Source: Ruminiclostridium sp.
GTDB taxonomy: Bacteria > Bacillota > Clostridia > Oscillospirales > Ruminococcaceae
Length of the DNA stretch: 64,000 nucleotides
Direction: 5' to 3'
Assembly: GCA_031549645.1 (NCBI GenBank)
Contig: JAVBPL010000067.1
Coordinates: 8,336 to 72,335, forward strand
Below the pieces are notes generated by a model, which was given only the letters and a program-made list of their open reading frames with translations, was not told the origin of the DNA and did no database searches. Below are positions 56,733-64,000 of this stretch, in pieces (the stretch's first letter is position 1; the number at the start of each line of letters is the position of its first letter). The translations under genes were made by a program, and so were the position numbers.

Positions 56733-57908
56733 CTAAACTATCCCACCCCAAAGAATATATTTACTTCTATGTATTGGAGTCATATTAAATTCGCCGTTTT
56801 TGAAAGGCAAAAACACACTTGCTATAAAATCCTCCTTAGGATCAACATAGCTCCATGAAACTCCTGCACCCTCATGCCCGTAGGTGCCTATTGTCATTTG
56901 GTGAAAGGGCTTATAATTCATAACTTCAAAGCCTAAACCGCAGTCGTGGAGCTCATTTGCACCCCAACAGTGATTATACATATTCTGCCCGTTAAGGTGG
57001 GGATGTGTCATATTTTCGATTGATTTTCTGCTGATTATTCGTACATTGTTCCATTTACCACCGTTATGGAGCATTTGATTGAAGGTGTTTATATCCGCGA
57101 GGGTCGAATAAATACCGCCGCCTGTTTTCGGAAGGTGGAAGTTCTTGTGCTTTACGTCTTTCAGCCAGTCGGGTTCTTTTTTATCCTTTTTTTCTATCGG
57201 TACACTCCACTCGGTATTTACTATCATGCAGTCGAATTTTTCTTTAGGCACTTCAAAATATGTGTCGGTCATACCTAGCGGATTTACGATATTCTCCATG
57301 ATATAATCCTCTGCTTCCTTACCGGAAATGCGTTTTATTATCTCGCCCAGAATATTGAAGCAGCTCGATGAATATACCCATTCGGTGTTCGGCGGACAGT
57401 GGAAGGGACGTGTAAGCATCGCTTTTATCCAGTTGCCCTCAAAAGCATCAATATGATGAACCCAGTCATTCTCGTATGGTGTCTCAAATGCTCCCCAGTC
57501 GGGAAGAAGCCCCGAGGTGTGAGTAAGAAGATTATATATCGTTATCTTGTTATGAAGTGGTGTTCTAAACTCCTCAATGTGCTCTGCGACAGTATCTGTA
57601 ATGTCGAGATAACCCTGCTCGGCAAGCTGAAATATTGCCACGGCTGTAAAATCCTTAGTTATCGATGCAATGCGCATTATCGAGTCGGGAAGCAAATTCT
57701 TTCCAGGGGTGCGATAGTCGAGCGAGCCTATAGCATTATTTGCGAAAAGCTTACCGTGTCTAATAAGATGATAAGAACCGCCTTGAATAATATCCTTTTC
57801 GATTAAGCGTATTAGAAAAGCATTAAATCGGTCAAGATATAACGCTTCGTAACCTGCCTCCTCAGGAGAAAAGGGTACTGTCCCTATTGTGATATTTTTA
57901 TTAAGCAT
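56733..57908 (-). CDS. beta-lactamase-family serine hydrolase, cytoplasmic
   Basis: ASITK (SxxK), LLTHTSG, WVYSS, GHEG; no signal peptide. Confidence 0.88.
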   Translation of the reverse strand: MLNKNITIGTVPFSPEEAGYEALYLDRFNAFLIRLIEKDIIQGGSYHLIRHGKLFANNAIGSLDYRTPGKNLLPDSIMRIASITKDFTAVAIFQLAEQGYLDITDTVAEHIEEFRTPLHNKITIYNLLTHTSGLLPDWGAFETPYENDWVHHIDAFEGNWIKAMLTRPFHCPPNTEWVYSSSCFNILGEIIKRISGKEAEDYIMENIVNPLGMTDTYFEVPKEKFDCMIVNTEWSVPIEKKDKKEPDWLKDVKHKNFHLPKTGGGIYSTLADINTFNQMLHNGGKWNNVRIISRKSIENMTHPHLNGQNMYNHCWGANELHDCGLGFEVMNYKPFHQMTIGTYGHEGAGVSWSYVDPKEDFIASVFLPFKNGEFNMTPIHRSKYILWGGIV

Positions 57909-57923
57909 ATTATTAATTTCCTT

Positions 57924-58901
57924 CTAATTGTTATATATCTGCGTAATTATTTCGTCCATCGGCAGTTCCTTTATCGATATATCCGTGAACCTTACGCTGC
58001 GGGAAAGTGTTTCAATAAAGCTGTCGATTGAGACACCAGCCATATCGACTTCAAGTGTAATTTCAAGGTCGGATTGACGATTAACAAGCTTTGCGTTTTG
58101 AAATTCTCTGCCGTCGTAGGGAGTGCTTAAAACCAGCTCAATTATCTTCTTATCGCCAAGGCTGTACTGCAATCTTTGGAGCGTGTCGTCGAAAACCTTT
58201 TTTCCGTGATTAATGACTATAACCCTGTCGGCAAGCTGCTTTACGTCCTCAAGATCGTGAGTGGTTAAGATAAAGGTTACACCCTTTTTGTTCATTCTGT
58301 CGATGAAGTCACGAATTTTTGCCTTTGCGATTACATCTAGTCCTATCGTAGGCTCATCGAGAAAAACTATTTTAGGATTATGCAGCATTGCCATGACGAA
58401 TTCGCATTTCATTCTTTCGCCGAGTGACAGCACTCTAGTAGGCTTTTGAATAACCTGTCCAATATCGAAGAGCTTTGTAAATTCGTAAAGCCTTTGTTTA
58501 TAATCAGCCTCGTCAATTCCATAAATTGCTTTGTTCATCGAGAAGCTGTCAATAGGCGGTATATCCCAGATAAGCTGCGACTTTTGCCCAAAAACTGCAC
58601 CGATTTCGTGAACATATTTTTTTCTATCTCTAGAGGGGGTGAAACCCATTACATTTATGTCGCCGCTTGTAGGAAATAACGCTCCGCAGAGCATTTTAAT
58701 CGTCGTAGATTTACCTGCACCATTCGGACCTAAAATTCCGCAGATTTCGCCCTCGGGTATCGTGAAGGATATATCGTCTACTGCATTTATATTGATTTTT
58801 TTCCGTTTGAAAAAGCTCTTAAAGGTCTCGCCCGCACCGCTTCCACGCTTGTAGGTTGTATATGTCTTAACTAAATTGTTTACTCTGATTATATCTTCCA
58901 T
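57924..58901 (-). CDS. ABC exporter ATP-binding protein
   Basis: GPNGAGKST, FGQKSQL, LSLGERM, LDEPTIGLD. Confidence 0.92.
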   Translation of the reverse strand: MEDIIRVNNLVKTYTTYKRGSGAGETFKSFFKRKKININAVDDISFTIPEGEICGILGPNGAGKSTTIKMLCGALFPTSGDINVMGFTPSRDRKKYVHEIGAVFGQKSQLIWDIPPIDSFSMNKAIYGIDEADYKQRLYEFTKLFDIGQVIQKPTRVLSLGERMKCEFVMAMLHNPKIVFLDEPTIGLDVIAKAKIRDFIDRMNKKGVTFILTTHDLEDVKQLADRVIVINHGKKVFDDTLQRLQYSLGDKKIIELVLSTPYDGREFQNAKLVNRQSDLEITLEVDMAGVSIDSFIETLSRSVRFTDISIKELPMDEIITQIYNN

Positions 58902-59683
58902 TAACCACCGACTCCTTCATAAAGCTTTATCATAAGCTGATAAGTAACCACCCCGATTACCATGAAAATAACGCATGGGATAATTGCCCAAAACGTGTAT
59001 ATATCCGCTCTGCCGAGAATGGCTTCTGCTGGATAATAGCCTATCATTCCGACAGGAATTATGAACGTGATTATGCTTCTTATTGCTGTCGGAAATATTC
59101 CCATTGGGTACTTTCCGAAGGTTTTTATACTGTCGAAAATTTCGGGTATTCGTGAGTTTGCAACCCATTTAAACGATGTCGCCGCCATTAGAAGTGAGAA
59201 GCCCGTCATAACAAAAACACCGCTGATAAACATGATTATAAAAGCAAAAACATAATAAATAGATGTTATCTCTACATTCATAATTGCAAGTACAAATAAT
59301 GTACCTCCGCCTAAAATTACACCGATACACTCAGGCTCAAAATTTGAGCTTATGAGATAAAAAAGCGGGTTAAGCGGCTTTAGTAGTACTATTTCGAAGG
59401 TACCTTCCCTAATATGCCCCATCGTTTCCCAAAGTACGCCATTAAACAAAATACTGGCTATTCCGCTAGAAACGGTGAAAATCGACTGGATTAACAAAAC
59501 CTCGTAAAAGCTCCACCCGGGAAACTCTGCACCTGCGTTATAAATCAAAATAGTCACAAGCGGAAAAGCTAAATTCCCTGCAAGTGTTATAAACACGCTT
59601 AAAAGGAAATTAGCACGATAGGTGGTAATTCTCGAAAGCGAGGTCTTAACGCAGGAAAAGTAAATTCTGAAAAATCTTCTCAT
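58901..59683 (-). CDS. ABC-2 type permease (DUF990-like)
   Basis: YRANF, IREGTFEIVLLKP, KYPMGIFP, YYPA; six TM segments. Confidence 0.82.
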   Translation of the reverse strand: MRRFFRIYFSCVKTSLSRITTYRANFLLSVFITLAGNLAFPLVTILIYNAGAEFPGWSFYEVLLIQSIFTVSSGIASILFNGVLWETMGHIREGTFEIVLLKPLNPLFYLISSNFEPECIGVILGGGTLFVLAIMNVEITSIYYVFAFIIMFISGVFVMTGFSLLMAATSFKWVANSRIPEIFDSIKTFGKYPMGIFPTAIRSIITFIIPVGMIGYYPAEAILGRADIYTFWAIIPCVIFMVIGVVTYQLMIKLYEGVGG

Positions 59684-60498
59684 GCCCCCACCCCCGTAAA
59701 ACGTTTGATTGACGCTCTGTAAAGCAGCTCGGATATTAAGAACACCACGATAACTGCGACCGCCTGAATACCGACAATTATTGGTATGTCGAGCGATATA
59801 TCTCCTAGCATGTATTTCCCTGTGAAAACCATTGCTGGTACATAAAGTGTGTACTGGAAGGGCAGAAAGAACTGTATTTTTTGAAGCCAGTCGGGGAAGA
59901 AAACAAGCGGTATTAGTCCTCCCGAAAAGAAGCTACCTATAAGGTTCCAGACGGCTCTTATTCCGCTTGACTGCACCAGCCAGAATGAAATCATACCAAG
60001 TGAATAGTTAACATAAAAATTCATAAGAAAAGCAAGCGACACCGATATAATTGTCCATATAATACTTGCCGGCATCATGTCAATGCGGAAAATAAGCGTG
60101 AAGATTATCGTACAGGGAATAAATTCAACGATAAAGCCCAAAAACCTATGCCCAAATTTTTGAGACAGGGCGAAAAACCTATGATTAATCGGGCGAAGGG
60201 TGAAGGTCAGAAATTTCCCCGTTCTTATCAGCATCGATAAATTCCAGTCGGCAAAATCCATTGTCAGATATCCGATTAAAGCCGCCGCGCCGAAATAGCG
60301 TATCATCTCGCCAAGCTCCATATTATTTATCGAGGCATTTCCTCCATAAACGGCAGTCCATATAAAATACTGTACGATAAAATATACTGGACCGACGAAA
60401 ATCGATACCATTGAGTGGGTGCGGTATGCCGCCCATTCCTTGTATGTTACGAATGCGACGGCCTTAAGCACCTGAAATTTGTTCTTAAGTCTATTCAT
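59680..60498 (-). CDS. ABC-2 type permease (DUF990-like)
   Basis: AYR, IRTG...LRP, FSGGLIPLVFFP, LPFQY. Confidence 0.82.
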   Translation of the reverse strand: MNRLKNKFQVLKAVAFVTYKEWAAYRTHSMVSIFVGPVYFIVQYFIWTAVYGGNASINNMELGEMIRYFGAAALIGYLTMDFADWNLSMLIRTGKFLTFTLRPINHRFFALSQKFGHRFLGFIVEFIPCTIIFTLIFRIDMMPASIIWTIISVSLAFLMNFYVNYSLGMISFWLVQSSGIRAVWNLIGSFFSGGLIPLVFFPDWLQKIQFFLPFQYTLYVPAMVFTGKYMLGDISLDIPIIVGIQAVAVIVVFLISELLYRASIKRFTGVGA

Positions 60499-61703
60499 TA
60501 AATAAGTCCCGACCAGATAATATTCTGAGGATTGTATACACTATGCGGACACCAGTCTCCGTTTCTGTTCTTATACGGCACAATCCAAGCGGCAACAAGC
60601 TCCTCCGCAGGGTCTACATATAAGGCACAGGCACCAGCACCCTCATGCATATAAGTGTTTGCGGTAAAGGTAAACTGCGGTCCGTTTCTCATATCGAAGC
60701 CAAGACCATATCCCCTCGCTTTCTCGTTGCCGCCCCAACAATGATTCGGCATATTAGTAAGCTGATGAGATGTCATTTTTTCCAGTACCTTTCTGCCGAG
60801 AATACGAGTTCCGTTAAAGGTGCCATTATTCAACATACAGTTACCGTAACGCACCATATCAAAGACGGTTGAGTTAAGTCCGCCCGCTGTGCTAGGCATA
60901 ATTTTACCCCAGAAAATATCCATAGGGTCGGTAGCTGGAATATGCCCCTCTTTCAGTCTCTTTGCCCTATGCTCATCTTGAACAATATACCTTTTTAATT
61001 TTTCCTCTGGGATATCGTTGTAAAAATAAGTGTCCGTCATACCGAGCGGCTTTACGATATAGTCCATTATGTATTTATTTGCGTGAATACCAGTAAGCTT
61101 TTCAATAACGGCTCCAAGAATAACAAAGCCGAAGCTGCAATATGCCCATTCCATATCAGATGGCGTACGCACGCCTAAAGAAAGTGCCGATGCAATCCAG
61201 TCGTAATCCTCGACTTTGCCCCCCTTGTCAAGATGATTTTTTAAGCCTTCAGAAACCATATCCCAATAATCAACCTGATACTTATTTTCGAAGCAGCCGC
61301 CGTCAGCGTGCATACCCGAAGTGTGCGTTAAAAGATGATAAAGAGAAATTCCGTTAAAGGGAGGAGTGTTAAATTGCGGTAAAATTTCGCCGACGGGAAC
61401 ATCAAACCTTGTCAGCCCATTTTCAACTAGCTGTGCAATCGCAACTCCAGTAAAGGTTTTCGTAGCCGATGCTATATACTGAATATCGGTAGGCTGTGCA
61501 GGTGTATCGTCGTTCGCCTCGAAGCTATGCTTGCCGACTGCTCCATGCATGAATACCTTACCTTTTCGTGCGGCACAATAGGTCGCACAAATAATCTCAC
61601 CCATGGCTATTCTGCGTTCGAAATGCTCCTCAAGAACATCAATCCGACTGCTGTCATAGCCTACTTCCTCGGGTTTACATTCGATTATACCTCTTACAGA
61701 CAT
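60498..61703 (-). CDS. beta-lactamase-family serine hydrolase, cytoplasmic
   Basis: ASATK (SxxK), LLTHTSG, WAYCS, MHEG; RBS GGAGG before ATG 61703; no signal peptide. Confidence 0.88.
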   Translation of the reverse strand: MSVRGIIECKPEEVGYDSSRIDVLEEHFERRIAMGEIICATYCAARKGKVFMHGAVGKHSFEANDDTPAQPTDIQYIASATKTFTGVAIAQLVENGLTRFDVPVGEILPQFNTPPFNGISLYHLLTHTSGMHADGGCFENKYQVDYWDMVSEGLKNHLDKGGKVEDYDWIASALSLGVRTPSDMEWAYCSFGFVILGAVIEKLTGIHANKYIMDYIVKPLGMTDTYFYNDIPEEKLKRYIVQDEHRAKRLKEGHIPATDPMDIFWGKIMPSTAGGLNSTVFDMVRYGNCMLNNGTFNGTRILGRKVLEKMTSHQLTNMPNHCWGGNEKARGYGLGFDMRNGPQFTFTANTYMHEGAGACALYVDPAEELVAAWIVPYKNRNGDWCPHSVYNPQNIIWSGLI

Positions 61704-61733
61704 AAATACCTCCATAATTTTAATTTTTGCATG

Positions 61734-61765
61734 AAAATAAAAAACCCCTGAGAATATCAGGAGTT
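61734..61765 (-). terminator. attenuator terminator in the 5' leader of the hydrolase-ABC operon
   Basis: Minus strand AACTCCTGA-TATTC-TCAGGGGTT followed by TTTTATTTT, about 30 nt before the first start codon. Confidence 0.82.
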
Positions 61766-61798
61766 AATTAACGTATAACAAAAATAGCCGCAGCTATA

Positions 61799-61870
61799 TC
61801 ACAGTGTATACATAATGCTCTGATATTTAAAAATATTAAAAATAACTGTATGCTTATTACGCTTTAACAT
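61799..61870 (-). CDS. 23-aa leader peptide MLKRNKHTVIFNIFKYQSIMYTL (regulatory uORF)
   Basis: RBS AAGGTGG 8 nt before ATG, TGA stop, located between promoter and terminator; below the ORF-track length cutoff. Confidence 0.72.
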   Translation of the reverse strand: MLKRNKHTVIFNIFKYQSIMYTL

Positions 61871-61904
61871 TATGTACACCACCTTTTATTAATTTGATAA
61901 AACT

Positions 61905-61933
61905 ATGTTAACACAGTTTACAAAATTTGTCAA
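61905..61933 (-). promoter_or_regulatory. sigma-A promoter of the attenuated operon
   Basis: Minus strand TTGACA-17-TAACAT with TG extension. Confidence 0.75.
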
Positions 61934-61952
61934 TATGAACATTTATAATTAT

Positions 61953-62753
61953 TTATTCTTTTTTCCAGTTATGCCTTATATAATCAAATAAAAATTGCTG
62001 GGCTATCCCCGAATATTCACCTACACATTCAGGTAAGCCATTTGGGTAGAATTCGGTCATTACACGTTTTATCCAGACATCGTGCGGTACCTGAGTGGTT
62101 TTGCGATATGAAAAAAGCAAGATGCAGTCGGCTACCTTGTCGCCTACACCCTTAATTTTGAGCAGCTCGGTTTTGGCGTCCTCAGCTGTCATATTATATA
62201 AAGCGTTTAAGTCAACTGTTCCGTTCTTTACTTTTTGAGCCGCATCAATTATATATCTCGCCCTAAAGCCCGCCCGTATCGGGGATAGCTCCTCTTGGGT
62301 GAGTTTTGCCAAAGCTTCAGCAGTAGGAAAAGCGTAGCCTGTATTAAGCCTTTCGCCGAAGCTCTCGCATAAACGCTCGATTATGCCTGTTATGCGGGGG
62401 ATATTGTTGTTCTGTGAGATTATAAAGCTTATCAGTGTTTCAAAAGGCTCCTGCTTTAAAATTCTTATGCCGTGTGAAAATTCACAGGCTTTTTTTAATA
62501 TCGCATCAGACGAGAATTGCTCGACGATTTTTACATAATCGGTATCAAGGTCGAAGTATTCTTTCCAAAAAATAAAGTCGTTTTCTGAAATATTTAAAAA
62601 TGATATGCCATCGCTGTTTTCCCTTACAAGCACCGATTTGCTGTCTGCCATGCCGAAAAATTCGCAGTCAGACACCTTTTTCCAGCGGAAAGCCTGCCCG
62701 CAAAAAAGCGTGCGTTCGAGATTTAAGCCTTGTACTTTTAAATGAAAATCCAT
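61953..62753 (-). CDS. 8-oxoguanine DNA glycosylase (Ogg1-type, HhH-GPD)
   Basis: CGQAFRW, FIISQNNNIPRI, IKGVGDKVADC, PHDVW, AQQFLF. Confidence 0.88.
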   Translation of the reverse strand: MDFHLKVQGLNLERTLFCGQAFRWKKVSDCEFFGMADSKSVLVRENSDGISFLNISENDFIFWKEYFDLDTDYVKIVEQFSSDAILKKACEFSHGIRILKQEPFETLISFIISQNNNIPRITGIIERLCESFGERLNTGYAFPTAEALAKLTQEELSPIRAGFRARYIIDAAQKVKNGTVDLNALYNMTAEDAKTELLKIKGVGDKVADCILLFSYRKTTQVPHDVWIKRVMTEFYPNGLPECVGEYSGIAQQFLFDYIRHNWKKE

Positions 62754-62824
62754 ATTATTTTAGAAACCCCTTGATTATTTTTGCCGATTAATATACAATT
62801 GATGTAACAGAAAGGAAGTATGAT

Positions 62825-63529
62825 ATGAGAGAAAGTATTTTAACAATTCCAATAAACGAAGTTTTTGAGCCGAAAGAGGGCTGTCCTATATGCCGAATGA
62901 GGAACACCGTCGAGGAGCACATCGCTGAATACATAATGGGAGCGGCAATGATGGAGCCAGATGTCCGTGAGGAGACTAATGAACTCGGCTTCTGCGGTAC
63001 ACATTTTGGTTTATTATTAAAGCAGAACAATCGGCTTTCGCTAGGCTTAATGCTTAATTCCCATCTTGCCGAAAAGCGTAAAAAAATATTCGAAAACAAG
63101 AACATCTTCTTCTCGAAAGGCTCAAAAGCGAAAAAATCGAATGAGCTTGCCGAGACCTGTTTCGTCTGCTCGAAGGTCAACTGGGGTGTAAATCACATGA
63201 TGAAAACCCTTTTCGTAATGTTCGGTAAGGACAAAAATTTCAGACAGCTTTTCAGTGAGCAGGAATATATCTGCCTGCCGCATTATAACTATCTCGCCGA
63301 GAATGCACAAACCTCACTCCCCAAGAATGAACAAGCGGCTTTCATGAAATCACTAGATGAGTTGGTTTCGTCGTATCTGAAGCAGCTTAATATAGACGTA
63401 AACGATTTTTGCAACAGCTTTGATTATAGGAATGCGGGTAAGCTGCACACCCCCGAAATGGAGCATGTCAGAACCTCAGTAGTTCGCAGCATTACTTTTC
63501 TAACAGGTAGAAAACCAGATAAAGATTAG
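62825..63529 (+). CDS. DUF6062-like protein
   Basis: GCPIC, GFCGTH, CFVC, CLPH, SFDYRN. Confidence 0.72.
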   Translation: MRESILTIPINEVFEPKEGCPICRMRNTVEEHIAEYIMGAAMMEPDVREETNELGFCGTHFGLLLKQNNRLSLGLMLNSHLAEKRKKIFENKNIFFSKGSKAKKSNELAETCFVCSKVNWGVNHMMKTLFVMFGKDKNFRQLFSEQEYICLPHYNYLAENAQTSLPKNEQAAFMKSLDELVSSYLKQLNIDVNDFCNSFDYRNAGKLHTPEMEHVRTSVVRSITFLTGRKPDKD

Positions 63530-63545
63530 AAAATTTACTAATATG

Positions 63546-63582
63546 AAAAACCGACAAAATCTAAAATTCTGTCGGTTTTTTT
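63546..63582. terminator. bidirectional terminator
   Basis: AAAAACCGACA...TGTCGGTTTTT. Confidence 0.8.
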
Positions 63583-63619
63583 ATATTGATTAATTTTTTT
63601 ATCCGACTGTTATCTGATA

Positions 63620-64000
63620 TTATCTGATAACTCTAACAGAAAGCACGTTATCAATAGTCTTAATTTTTTCAGCTACTCCGTCAGCGTTCCCCTTGATATC
63701 AAGCACAGTGTACGCATAATCCTTCTTTGATTTGCTCTCCATGTTTTCGATGTTTGCCTTGTTGTCAGCTATCACCTTGGTAATCTGAGTGATTATGCCG
63801 TCAACGTTCTTGTGGATTACACAAACCTTAGCGTCGCCAGTTTTAACCATAGAGAGATTAGGGAGATTTACTGAATTTAAGATATTGCCGTTCTCAAGAT
63901 AATCTGCGATTTCCTTAACAGCCATAACCGCACAGTTATCCTCGCTCTCGGGTGAAGATGCACCGAGATGGGGGATTGCAATAACTCCCTCAACTCCGAT
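63620..64000 (-). CDS. serA: D-3-phosphoglycerate dehydrogenase, C-terminal part with ACT domain (5' end beyond window)
   Basis: Frame open to window edge: IPHLGASSPESEDNCAVMA...NSVNLP...HKNVDG...YAYTVLD. Confidence 0.85.
   Translation of the reverse strand: MGVEGVIAIPHLGASSPESEDNCAVMAVKEIADYLENGNILNSVNLPNLSMVKTGDAKVCVIHKNVDGIITQITKVIADNKANIENMESKSKKDYAYTVLDIKGNADGVAEKIKTIDNVLSVRVIR

Noticed and set aside
56733-61703. Calling the serine hydrolases true beta-lactamases
   Set aside because: No signal peptides, YxS instead of YxN and HEG instead of KTG; only fold membership is supported.
62788-63180. 130-aa minus-strand ORF
   Set aside because: Antisense to the DUF6062-like gene, which has an RBS and conserved Cys motifs.

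Overview
A 64-kb chromosomal segment of roughly 40% GC from a spore-forming anaerobic Firmicute, probably Clostridia (Oscillospiraceae/Ruminococcaceae-like; inferred from gene content, canonical sigma-A promoters and an NPKT-type sorting signal). It carries about 55 genes. Housekeeping genes include secA, murF/ddl, alr, apgM, an RluA synthase, rlmA, an Ogg1-type glycosylase, nudC and a partial serA. It also holds GH95 and GH2 glycosidases, a cellobiose 2-epimerase, an electron-bifurcating-type [FeFe]-hydrogenase operon, two very large surface proteins, an orphan mazF and a frameshifted REP-associated tyrosine transposase (RAYT) with GTAG-type REPs. I saw no rRNA, tRNA or CRISPR array. The most notable signal is absent from the ORF track: a complete three-helix leader-peptide transcription attenuator at 61734-61933 on the minus strand. 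It has a promoter, a 23-aa uORF and mutually exclusive anti-antiterminator, antiterminator and terminator helices. It sits upstream of an operon encoding two cytoplasmic beta-lactamase-fold serine hydrolases and an ABC-2 exporter, making this a candidate antibiotic-inducible resistance or detoxification system. All product calls come from motif recognition by eye; no database searches were run.
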